Assembly (NCBI RefSeq): GCF_030144855.1
Contig: NC_082721.1
Coordinates: forward strand, 43,524,001 to 43,588,000
Direction: 5' to 3'
Source: Hypanus sabinus
Lineage: Eukaryota
Length of the DNA: 64,000 bases
The notes beneath the pieces are model-generated. The model had not been told where the DNA came from and made no database searches. It saw nothing but the letters and a program-made list of their open reading frames with translations. Shown one piece after another: positions 53,030 through 64,000 of this stretch; position 1 is the stretch's first letter; every line of letters starts with the position of its first letter. The translations under genes and the position numbers were made by a program.

Positions 53030-54097
53030 CTGCAAGATAAACGAGAGAAGACGTGTTTCAAATGAACAGGAGACCTCGCGTTATTTCACACTTTAACGGA
53101 AGCTCAGATTAAACATTCCAGTTTCGTAGAATTTGACCAATTATCTCACTGGGGGATGGGGTGGTTGTAGGGGACCAGGGCGAGTTGGAGTTGGAGAGAG
53201 GTGTAGAGTCGGAAGAAGGAAACTTCATGTTTGTTAACTAGAAATCTTCTCCAACCGGTGAGGCTGTTAGGCTCTGAGTCATTGACGGAATTGAGAGACA
53301 CACTGGCATCAAAATGCCCCGGAGTAGTTTCATGTGCCCCGTCTCTGTGCCATCAGCCCCTTCAGCAATCTCGTTAGAGGTCTCTTAGCCCAGTATGGCA
53401 GTGCGCGGTAGGGCCGTGTTTATTTTGTTGAGTCCATTTCTTGAACCAAAATCGGACAGGCCCTTATTAATTAGTGAGCGCTGTATTTCACGTTCCTCAT
53501 CTACCCTCCGCCCTACCCACCATCAGAAATGGCCCCGCTGCTGTCGGCAGAATAAACACAAGCCACAACCTGCCTTCTCCCCACTGGGCGAAGGCAGCAA
53601 ATTCGCGGTGCTGAGCTCCAAGGAGCGGGGCAAGGTTGGTCACTCTGTGATCTGGGATGATGTCGACGGCTTTTGCTCCCACACACTGTGGTGTTGGGGA
53701 GGTTGGATTCCCCGCGGAATGGGATTTCCGATCACAGTCGGTGTATTTGCCTGGATCATTGAACAGCGGACACTGAAAAAGAGCCGCGCAGAGGGGAACA
53801 CGGGGCAGGAAAGAAGGCAAGGACTGGGCAATTCGAGAGTGTCTTTCAATGGATGGGTGCGAGAGGAGAGTTTGTCCGTAAAGACAACCGAAGAGAGAAA
53901 TGCATCATTAAAAGACGGAAACAATTCACCACACAGCACTCTATCGAGTAAAACTGACACTGAACACGAAACATGATTTGATTTTAAAGCACCATTTTCC
54001 ACTATAAAATTCGCGGGTAATAATAACGTTATAATTGTTAAATGCCAGTGACCGCCTTTATGTCCTGGTTATTCATGATATAATTACTGTCACTTAC

Positions 54098-54454
54098 CTG
54101 CAACAAAGAGCTTGGTCCCTGGGCCGAACACGAAATTATTGATCGATGAAATCCACTTCCCGCAGTAATATATGGCAGCGTCACTCATCTCCACATTCTT
54201 TACGATCAACGGGTACTCGGTGCCTCCGCTTTCGACAGTCGATGTGAAACGGTCGCTGCTAAACCCAGGGCCGTAGCTTGGGTTACTCCAGGAAGGATGG
54301 TGATAAAGGACCATCTGTGGATGTGTTCCCGGTGTCTGCTTGTACCAGCTAACGTATTGATTGTCATTTGTACCGATGTTACAATTCATCGTGGCCTTGG
54401 CTCCAGGTAACACCGAGACGGTCGGAGGCTGAGTCAGAGGCTGGGATTCTCCAG
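54098..54454 (-). CDS. Ig light-chain fused V-J exon, sigma-like
   Basis: Acceptor ctttcacag|CT, donor GCAG|GTAAGT; QPLTQPPTVSV...MNCNIG...WYKQ...YGPGFSSDRF...YYC-GKWISSINNFV-FGPGTKL; no RSS between V and J. Confidence 0.95.
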
Positions 54455-54557
54455 CTGTGAAAGAACAGGAATCCAACTTTAACAATTGACTCTTTAATGC
54501 GACCCCAAAGCCCACCCCAGCAAACATAGGCGGTGCAGACTTGCTGCTTGTACTTAC

Positions 54558-54603
54558 AGCCCAGCCACATTGACAAACACCAGAAAAAACACAGTGTCCG
54601 CAT
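54558..54603 (-). CDS. Ig light-chain leader exon
   Basis: MRTLCFFWCLSMWLG plus phase-1 donor T|GTAAGT; 103-nt intron; the three exons sum to 726 nt in frame (241 aa). Confidence 0.93.
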
Positions 54604-54684
54604 TGTGGTTGCCGTCAGTTTCTTGCTTCCCTTCTGCTGGTGGATCTGTGATGGACTGTGGCCGCCGCTGCCAATGGAACCCAG

Positions 54685-54725
54685 TTATAGAGCCATTCGT
54701 TCTCGGAGGAAATCCATGCAAATCA
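54685..54725 (-). promoter_or_regulatory. IgL promoter: octamer decamer TGATTTGCAT (54716-54725) and TATAA (54685-54689)
   Basis: Light-chain orientation of the octamer, 26 nt above a TATA-like box and ~115 nt above the ATG. Confidence 0.85.
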
Positions 54726-55205
54726 GGGCGACTCCCACTGACCAGCCAGAGAAAGAATTTGAAACCCTCCCATTCGCCGTCACATGCCTTCGGGTTGAGG
54801 CGATGACACTATCAGTAACTGACATGTCTGTTCAAAACAACGTGCAGATGAGCAGGTCGTTCTTTGTCTGACGTTTCCCATACTCTCTCTTCCTTTCCCT
54901 GATTTCATCCCTGGGAACAGAGATGCCTCTCACACCTTTAGCTACAACAGGGCAGAGGTGCAGACTTGCTGTTCCCACATCAGTCATTCAATATTGAGTT
55001 CAAACCCACCCTGGCACCCTCTCAGGATTGTTGCTGTTGGTGCTGGTGTGGTCTATTCCTTGCTCCTCTAGTTTGGTACACACCCGGGCCATCTTCCGGG
55101 AAGATTCTGGGAATCAAAGATGGAGCCAGGAAGATGGTACACAATGCACAGTCCTTGGAGAATCAAGGGAAAATCATACCTGTTGTGTAGTTAATATTCA
55201 GTATT

Positions 55206-55213
55206 ATTTGCAT
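55206..55213 (+). promoter_or_regulatory. Second octamer, inverted relative to the gene
   Basis: Exact ATTTGCAT ~600 nt upstream of the ATG; could be chance. Confidence 0.35.
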
Positions 55214-55729
55214 AATCTGTTATTTATTTCAGTACATATATAGTTCAACTGAGTATTCTTATTTGCTTAAATAAATAATTACAAGACATGAACTGTCAAC
55301 AAGTTGCACCTAATAGATGCGCTCCTGGCTTAAAGTAAAACACGAAATTAGACTGATGTTTCGGACTCCCTTTGAATCCTTTGAATTAGTTTAGAAGTAT
55401 GAAATGATGTCCTCACACTGGACAGCATCTTAATGCCTGGTAGCATCAGAATGTGCATGGCACCTAAGTCCATGGCTACCAAGTACCCTTTCTAAGGTTC
55501 TTTCTGTTTCTGGTGTTGTGAAGAATATGTCTGGCCTGGTTACTGTGTAATTTCCCTGTCAGCTGAACGGTGCCATACTACCTGTCCTTTGTGGAAAAAG
55601 TTATTCCAGGTCAACATTTTTGACCATAGGCCCACCAGTCAGTGGTAAAAACAAAACGGCCCACTGATGTGACAGGAGAAGGACTCAATGTGCACAGTGG
55701 GGTTGTTCTCTGAGCAGACTTGTCAGACA

Positions 55730-56110
55730 ATCAAGCAGAACTCATCATCACCAGACCTCACCACCAGGCACCAAGACCTTGCTTAGCAAGTGGATTAAGG
55801 GGCTCTCAAAGTCAGATCCTTCAATATACACACAAAATCACTACCGCTGTGTGTTCCCTGTGGGAAGACTCTTGTTGGGATGAGACAATCACACCCCTCT
55901 TTGCGGACTGTGGGGTTGCGAAGAAGGTATGAAGAAAAGTGCTAGGGCCTGCTTCACAGTTCATTCCAAGCAGCATCGAGATGTTGGTGGAGGAATGGTG
56001 CCAATAGGCACATTTCAGGCTGCAGGAGTACGTGCTGAGGATGCATTGAAGCTTGGTGCAGCCACCACAAGGGGTTGCTGGGGAAGGACCACATTGTGGG
56101 ATAGGGAGGT
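55730..56110 (+). mobile_element. Tx1/L1-type LINE 3' fragment
   Basis: DETITPLFADCGVAKKV and VRAEDALKLGAATTRGCWGRTT resemble the C-terminus of elasmobranch Tx1-like ORF2. Confidence 0.6.
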
Positions 56111-56794
56111 GGCTGTTTTGATGAGGAGGCTCCTCAATTATTGCAGCAAGAATACGATCCAACGGGACTACATGATTTGAAAAGTACTTAATTTTATTTT
56201 CTCAGAAAGACAAGGCATTGTACGGTTTACTCTTGCAAACATTTTTTTATTATTTATAAAGTTTATTTTGTTAAAAATACCTTTGCTATATCATCTGAAC
56301 TGACTGTGTCCATCTCCAGTGCCACACTATGCCTTCTGCATTGGCCTGCCAACCCAACTCATTGTTTACAGCCACTTATAGAAGGCCTTCACCAAAAACC
56401 AGCTCTGGGTACCATTGGATGGACAATATATAAACAGAACCAAGAATGTGGAATAACTGAGATTGACCAGAGTACCAGGATCTGGAGCAATGCTCTAGTA
56501 GGAAATGCAGAACAGGAGGTAATATCCCAGTGAGTTTATACATGCATTTATCGTCTTTGAATACTCTGGAAAATAATTAAGTCTGTTGAGTAAGTCAGGC
56601 AATATGTCATCAAATAGTCTGAAGGGGAATCTCAGTTCTATGGGAATGGACACCTAGATGATTGTGGTCATTCTGTAGCTAAAGTGATGGCATGCAGTGG
56701 AGAAGCTGGGATATCACCGGAAAGACAGAAGAGCATGTGTATGGTTCAGGAGACCCCTGATGATAACTTGCCCTCTAACTGGATGATATTCAGA

Positions 56795-57390
56795 GTAACC
56801 ATATAACTATATAACAATCACAGCATGGAAACAGGCCATCTCGGCCCTCCTAGTCCGTGCCGAACTCTTAATCTCACCTAGTCCCACCTACCCGCACTCA
56901 GCCCATAACCATCCACTCCTTTCCTGTCCATATACCTATTCAATTTTACCTTAAATGACACAACTGAACTGGCCTCTACTACTTCTGCAGGAAGCTCATT
57001 CCACACAGCTATCACTCTCTGAGTAAAGAAATACCCCCTCGTGTTCCCCTTAAACTTCTGCCCCCTAACTCTCAAATCATGTCCTCTCATTTGATCTCCC
57101 CTACTCTCAATGGAAACAGCCTATTCACGTCAACTCTATCTATCCCTCTCAAAATTTTAAATACCTCAATCAAATCCCCCCTCAACCTTCTACCCTCCAA
57201 TGAATAGAGCCCTAACTTCTTCAACCTTTCTCTGTAACTTAAGTGCTGAAACCCAGGTAACATCCTAGTAAATCGTCTCTGCACTCTCTCTAATTTTTTG
57301 AAGTCTTTCCTATAATTCAGTGACCAGAACTGCACACAATATTCTAAATATGGCCTTACCAATGCCTTGTACAATTTTAACATTACATTA
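56795..57390 (-). mobile_element. CR1 3' fragment, similar to the 25.8 kb copy
   Basis: LYKALVRPYLEYCVQFWS...RLRGDLIEVFK; tail matches 25822-26100. Confidence 0.9.
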
Positions 57391-57589
57391 AGAGTACTGA
57401 TTGGGGATATTATTCCTCTAGGTACAGAGGCAAGGCCAGACAAATGAAATCATTGTGCAGGCAGAGGAACAAATCTTCATTTGTAGAGCAGAATATCAAA
57501 CTGTATGTGAAAGTAATAGGCCTGTTCCCCATGTGCCAATAATGTTGTCAAAATAAACTAAACCAATCTGCTTCCACCGGGTCTATATC

Positions 57590-57830
57590 ATTGCTATATT
57601 CTTTTGGATGCTGCAGTTTCCTTCCACATGTCAAAGATGTACAGTTTGATAGATTAAATAGCTGCTGTAAATTGCCCCATGTATGTGTCAATGACTGGTA
57701 CAATCGAAGGGAAGTTGAATAGAATGTTAAGGTAAGAGAATGGAATGGTATTAGTGCAAGGTTAGAGTAAATACAGGCTCGATTGCCAGCACTGATGGGT
57801 GGGATGAAGGCCCTGGTTCCACTCCATATG
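57590..57830 (+). mobile_element. HE1-like SINE fragment
   Basis: gctgcagtttccttccacatgtcaaagatgtacag...taaattgcccc core. Confidence 0.5.
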
Positions 57831-58489
57831 AATGCCACATATTACATGGTGAATGTGAAACAGAATATTGCAAACAGCCAGAATTTAAGGAGGTAGTAGG
57901 AACATGCGGTAGCAGAAGAAGAATGGTGATTAATTCCCCTGCTTCACTTTGTGGGTGTAGTAAATGTTTGTCTGAATGGATTGTGCAGAAGGGTGTCTGA
58001 AGACCCATGGGTGATTAGGATCTGTTCATGTGTGTGTGTATTGGAGGGTGAGGTATGTTGGTGTGGACAGCTCAGGTCAGACAGAGAGGCCAGAGTTGTG
58101 ACCAGCATTGAGTAAAGCAGATGCAAGGTAAATAGTTCTAAAAAGGAGTAAGGTGAGATAAATATCTCCAGAGCAGAAATAATGATTTTTATGGAATGAA
58201 CAACATAATCATAAAATACAAGTAGGTTCACACAAGTTTTATGGAATGGGCAAATTCAAGATGTTAATGAAATGAAACTGATGAACTGTGTTGATGATAT
58301 GATTACTTACATCTATTCTGTTTTTGTGGGATCTGAAGCAGCGAATGAGGTTAACGTGAGAACCAAATACTCTTTTGCGGATGAGGCAAGAGGAGGTCGA
58401 CAGGTAAGGGGAGTGCAGTCTGTGAGAATTTGTGCTCTCTCCATTACTGATACAGGACCGCAATGTACACCTGATCCATGGGCTTGAGG

Positions 58490-61400
58490 ATCATCCTTCT
58501 CAGTAGAGTGATAGAGCTACTAGGACTTGATGTTTGAATCCCAATGATAAAGATAGCACTCTCAATGTTGGCAATAGGCTTGGAGTGGTGACGAGGAGGG
58601 TAGCTACTTCATTGGGGTCATCAGGATGGCATCCTCCTTCTTTGACGTTTCATTGATAAGCCCACAATGTCTCCAGAGGGATCAACGGTGCTACCTGGCA
58701 TCCCAGATACACCCCCCTCAGTTCCGTACCCTCCTCTCTTCATCTTGCATGCCAGTTGTTGTCTTTCCTTTTAATCCAAATCCACTTGCTGCTTTCCTCT
58801 GCTGCATTGGACAAGGACTTGATTGCTTGTTGGAGGGAGACACCCCTCACCCCACCTTCTTCAATAGGCTGGTTGTAGATGTAGCAACGAATCCCCTGCA
58901 TCCCACTTCTATAGGGAAAATCTTGGTCTTCCAGCTGTTCTGAGCAGCTTCAGTTTCCAGTTCAGAGTACTTGGTCTTTTTCCTCTCATAAGCTTCTTCA
59001 ACGCCATCTTCCCATAATACTGTCAATTTGCATGATGTATGCCAGCTTGGCTGTTGTGGACCACAGGACTATGTCTGGCCGGAGTTTTGTAGCCGCAATG
59101 TCTGGGGAAAACACAAGCTTTTCCTCCAAGTCCACGTCCATTTTCCAATCCTGAGCAACATGCAGAATGCTTATATCCTTTGATGTTACTTGGTGCTCTG
59201 GAGGTTGGCCTATTAGTACAAATCATGTAATGTGGATATTTCCAGCTGATGTTTGTGGGAGAGCATTTATGGTGCTTTGCCTCTGTTTCAAGTTTGATGC
59301 CAGCTGTCTGAGAATTTGGTTTTGCCACCAAGTATACCACACCTGGCTGAGCCTCATGGTGCATCCTGTTAAAATGTGCCTTAGTGATCCAGGTGCTTGA
59401 CAAAGAGAGCAAGTGGGGTCTTCTCCCCACCACTGGTTCAGATTTTGAGGTGTTGATAGGAGGTCATAAGTGTCTCTGATGACAAAACTTAGCTGAGATC
59501 CCACCACTTCCCAGATGTTACGCCAACTGAGTTTCCTCTTTTCCAGGCTCTCCCAATTAGTCCATTGGCCCTACTTGGCAATTAAAATGGCTCTGGCATT
59601 TCACTCTGCCTCCTCCTGCCTTCTCACCTCCTCCACCATGAGCCGTCTCTTCTGCACTGATGTTGCCTTGTGCCATTGAGGAGCCTTTAGGATGAGCCCG
59701 AGACCGGCTCTCCCATGTTGGACTTGGCCAACCACATCCCTGAAGTGAAGAGCAGACCTAGCACTCTAAACAGCTTCAGATGGGGTCCGCTTCCTCCCCG
59801 TTGCCACACGGGGGGCTGCTGTTGGAATAACAGTATCTTCAGATTCAGTGAGGGTAATGACCAAACTTGCTTTGGTGCATTTGTATTCTTCTACAAGACT
59901 TATAATTGATAATTCCAATTTGCCATTCCTGTACAGTCCAACAAGACTTAAGCATCGTGGAAGTCCAAGCCACTGTTTCACATGTTGTGCTGATCACTCT
60001 TTTGAGCTTTTCCGCCTTATTGATGGGGATTTCATACATTGTTGAAGGCCACATGAGTCTTGGGAGTATGCCGAACTGGAAGCACCACAGCTTGAGTTTT
60101 CCTGGCATCAAGGTTTTGTTGATGTGAGCTATGTACGTGATGGTATCTTTTTTGAGTTGTTTAAACTGCTCGGTGTCCTTGAGCTTAGCATCATACCATC
60201 GGCCCAAGCTTTTCACTGGCATTTCTGAAACAGTTGGGACAGGAGTTCCATCAATATGAAATCTTTGATTTGTGAGTTGACCTTTGACAATGGAGATGTT
60301 CCTACACTTGCTGGGCTTGATGTTCATCCTCGCCTATGTGATGTTTTGATGAAGCTTTTGCAGAAGTCTCTTGGTGACAGTTGTTGTCAGTATTGTTACA
60401 TCGTCCATATAGGCTCATATCGGTGGTAACCTTTGACCAAACTGAAGTCGTTTTCCTCCCGCAACCCATTTTGAGGCTCTGATAATGAGCTCCATTGCCA
60501 TTGTGAAGGCCAATGGGGAGATGGTGCACCCCGCCATGATGCCTACTTCCAGTGGTTGCCAAACTGTGGTGAAGTCTGATGTTGTGAGACAAACTTGCAG
60601 ATCCTGGAAGTAGTGTTTTACTAGATTTGTTATTGTTGCAGGCACCTGAAAGAATTCAAAAGCAGTCCACAGCAGGGAATGAGAAATTGACCCATAGGCG
60701 TTGGCCAGGTTGAGGAATAAAACATGCAGATCCTTTCCTTCTCTTTTAGCTGTCTGAATTTGATGCCATAGGATGCTGGTATGTTCAAGGCATCACAAGA
60801 AGCCTGCTACGCCTGCCTTTTGGATTGATGTGTCAATGAAATGGCTTTGTTTCAGATATTTTCTAAGTCTTTGCGCCAACACCCTACAAAAGATCTTGCC
60901 TTTTATGTTAAGAAGGTTTATTTGGTGAAACTGTTCAATGGTGGATGAATTCTTTTCTTTTGGGAGTTTTGGGGATAACTTGCTTTTCCCACACAACACT
61001 CTTGTTTCTCCAGAGGAATTGTAGAACATCCAGGGTGTTCTTGTGAACACAATATGGAACAACGTTAGGGCATGGCACTGATACCGATCTTGCCTTCTTC
61101 ACTGCCTTTTTTACCTCACTCAGCTTGGGAGGGCTGATGTTAAATAGATGTTGTGGGGGTGAGGTTGGTGGGATGTCAGCCGGGACAAGTATTGGTTCAT
61201 CTTTTAGCTCATCAGTGTGGGTGGTTCTGAGATATCTTTCAACCTCCTCTTTTGATGATTTCAGGGATCCGCTTTTCTCTTTTGTGAAAATGCCTTTCAT
61301 ATATTTAAAGGGGTCTTTGTAGAAGACTGTTCTAACTTTCTGCTTTTTGCATCATTTCCTTAAATTCTCTGCTCTGCGCAACTTCAAGATCCTCTGTTTA

Positions 61401-62450
61401 AGGTCCTCTTCAAGGAGGTTGATGCCCTCCCTTTCTTCTGCTGTTGCTTTTTTCCATAACTTCCTCAGGCCTCTTCTTTCTTTAATAAGTCATTGAATTT
61501 CCTGGAGATGACAGGATTTGGGGGGAGGAGGCATGTCTTTCTTGCTGATTTGTTCCTTCACTCTGAATTTCTCTTTTCCATAGCTGTGGATCAGCTCATC
61601 CATCTTCTCCAACTTCTTTTCTGCTGATCCCTTGATGCCACTTAAGATCAAGTTCACATCTGCATTGATGGTTTCATACACCTTGCTGTTAGACTTTGGC
61701 CATTTCACCAACGGCTTACGTCCTTGCATGTACGTCCTTGCACATGCCTGGCTGTGTTTTGGACTGCTGCTTGCACCTGAAACCTCTTCCACATCCCGTA
61801 GGGTGCTTGTACTCTGTGGACTGTGAGTTTCTTCCTTCCACTGAGTTTCATCCAAGTCATTTGACCTTCCTCTTAACAGAATCTGGTCAATGTGGGGCTC
61901 TAGGTTGGAGATTTTCAAGCATTTCTTCCGTCCTTGATGAATTTTAAGATCACAAATTGATGTTACTTTAGTCCAGCTGCACCTACAGGTCTGAAGAACA
62001 TGTCCAGCTGCTGGCTTCTCAAGAGTATTGCCACTTTCTTGATTCATTGTTGTGTCCATGCGAAGGTCAGTCAGAGAGTCTTCTTGCACCCCCGCTCTCG
62101 CAGACTCTGGGGGTATACTTCTCTTTAAACTTTCCATAGCCAAATGAAGGTGGCTCTTGTGCCCTGTCAAGGTGACGGAGCCTGCCGTTATGGGTAGCTA
62201 CCATAACAGCCCTGTTGGTGTCTATTTCCTCCTGTCAGCTATCTCTCCAGCTGTCACACGATCTTTCCCTTGTCATCAGCTGCACCTTCACAGCAGTCAC
62301 TGGTTTCTTCCAGAAGATCAGCAGAGCTACAAGGACTTCATGTTTCAATCCCAATGATAAAGTTAGCACTCTCGATGTTGGCAGTAGGCTTGGAGTGGTG
62401 ACGAGGAGGGTAACTACTTCATCGGGGTCATCAGGTGGGCACCCTCCTTC
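58490..62450 (-). mobile_element. HERO-like non-LTR retrotransposon (RT + restriction-like endonuclease), disrupted
   Basis: N-terminal CRCSW...LKIHQG; GIMAGCTISPLAF; YMDD; IKPSKC; CSLC...HILTGC knuckle; RPDIVLWS...TVLWED...IEVGCRG endonuclease motifs, spread over broken frames. Confidence 0.72.
58513..58640. repeat. 128-bp direct repeat, copy A (copy B at 62323-62450)
   Basis: Ungapped alignment with about 11 mismatches counted by eye. Confidence 0.92.
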
Positions 62451-62477
62451 AAAACCAAAAGCTCCTTTTCAACTAAC

Positions 62478-62600
62478 AGGCAACACGAGTGAATCTGCAG
62501 ATGCTGGAGATAAATAAATAAAAACACAAAATGCTGGCAGAACTCAGCAGCCCAGACAGCATCTATGGGAGCAGGTAGTGACGATGTTTCGGGCCGAAAA
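62478..62600. mobile_element. Penelope terminal-repeat fragment
   Basis: Resembles 1515-1630 (aatctgcagatgctgg...aaaatgctggcagaactcagcag...tttcgggcc); hammerhead half missing. Confidence 0.7.
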
Positions 62601-64000
62601 TTCTGTGTGTATGTATAAATGCTGGAATCACCTGTACAATGGAGGTTAACTACTGAGTATTGAAAACTTTGATCGAAATGTGCAGTCATGTTGGTTGAAG
62701 AGTCTCCTGTTAGTTCTGGGGATTATCTGCACTCCTTCAGAAATGTTGTTGGAGGTGAGATGCAACATAGGAGCAAGACAGTTTGAGGAAAGTCTGCAAG
62801 TTTGACATTAGTCTTCACAAAGAATGACTCGGTTGTTAAATATGCGTAGAGCAAATGGAAGATAGTATTGAATTTGACTGTGAAACAAATTTGGGACGTA
62901 TGTTCTATAGACCCTTCTGATTGATGGAGTCAGAGGAGCATTTGTACAGTGAAGGTTATGTTCCCTGTTCTCTGGATGAATGAATTTCACACTGTGATTC
63001 AGGGAGTTGCCCTATGGTTTCTGATGAATGTGATTGACAAGGAATCTGGCATTTCCTCCCCCTCTGGTGGTGAGTCAGGTGCTGTAGTTACCACAGTTGG
63101 ATTTGTTTCTATTACAATCTATGCCTGTGAACATCTTGAAATATTAATTAATGAGAAATAATGGTGGTGAAGATTTGCTTGTCAAAACACACAGGGGACA
63201 TTGATCAGTTGGGTAAGTGGGTGAAGCAATGGCAAACCATGTTCAATCCAGATAGCTATAATGTTTTTGTTTTTTGCGTTCTTTTCACTTTGTGCCATGT
63301 ATGATGTGGGCAATCATGGTCTTTCCATGACCATGACTGTTCTTGGCAAATATTTCTCCAGAAGTGGTTTGTCATTGCCTTGTTCTACACAGTGTTCTTC
63401 CAAGCTGGAATAGCCCAGCCATGAGCAAAACTTTTCAGAGATTGTCTGCCTGAAGTCAGTGGTAGCATTTCCCGGAGTAGTGATATACACCAGCTGCTCA
63501 TACTAGCATCCATCAGCTGCTCCCATGGCTTCTCATGACCATGATCGGGGGTGGAGGGTGGTGTTAGGTAGCAGTTATACTTTGCTCAAGGATGACTTGC
63601 AAGGCTAACAGAGGGAACAAGTGGCATATGTCTCCTTTGTTAGAGAGGTATTTCCATCTTGCCACCAATTTATTATGTGTTGAGAAATAATACTAGGATA
63701 GGACATTCACGGAAAATGTCCAGCCTCTGTTGTGTGTTGTGGAATAGAAAGACCTAGGCACAAAATTAAACCATGTTCTGAATGTCGTCACAGCTATAAA
63801 TGATTGAAAAGAAGTCACTTGGCACACTGGTCAAATCAGTCAGGCCTCCAAATATAGGATTCAGGACACTATATTGTTAAAAAGTCATGGTTAAGGCTGT
63901 ACCTGGAGTATTGTGTACGGTGTTCTTTGCCCTGTTTTGTAACAGCCTCATTAAGCTGCAAAGAGAGCAAAGATAATCTCTGAGAATGTTGGTAATATTT

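Noticed and set aside
53668-53690. GGCTTTTGC...CACTGTG in the J-C intron
   Set aside because: Spacer is 7 nt, and no J-like sequence follows.
53395-53976. 193-aa + strand ORF and overlapping ORFs in the J-C intron
   Set aside because: No recognisable domain; expected in GC-richer sequence.
54455-54527. N-terminal part of ORF 54090-54527
   Set aside because: It is the leader intron read in frame; the real start is the exon at 54558-54603.
54590-54596. Perfect RSS heptamer CACAGTG in the leader exon
   Set aside because: No nonamer at 12 or 23 nt; it is coding sequence.
62330-62440. CTGATGA...GAAAC in the HERO-like repeat as a hammerhead
   Set aside because: Stem II does not close next to the core boxes and the other copy has CAAAC.

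Overview
Eukaryotic, repeat-dominated DNA from a cartilaginous fish; the repeat families suggest a batoid (ray), which is an inference. The only clear host gene is a complete immunoglobulin light-chain cluster on the minus strand (about 52.4-54.7 kb): octamer/TATA promoter, 46-nt leader exon, one exon with V and J already fused in frame with no RSS, a 1068-nt intron, an intact C exon and a poly(A) signal (241-aa precursor). The V (short CDR1, long CDR2, YGPGFSSDRF motif) looks like the sigma isotype. The rest is nested transposons: three Gmr1-type Gypsy LTR elements, a Penelope-like element carrying a Gypsy and two nested hAT elements, an L1 split by a Gypsy element and a solo LTR, several CR1 copies (one with an intact ORF2), RTE, Rex1/Babar, Tx1 and SINE fragments, and a HERO-like RLE element with 128-bp terminal direct repeats. 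Oddities include a perfect 73-bp palindrome, an inverted gag copy inside an LTR, and an orphan leader-like exon next to a 204-N gap. All calls come from reading the sequence; no searches were run.
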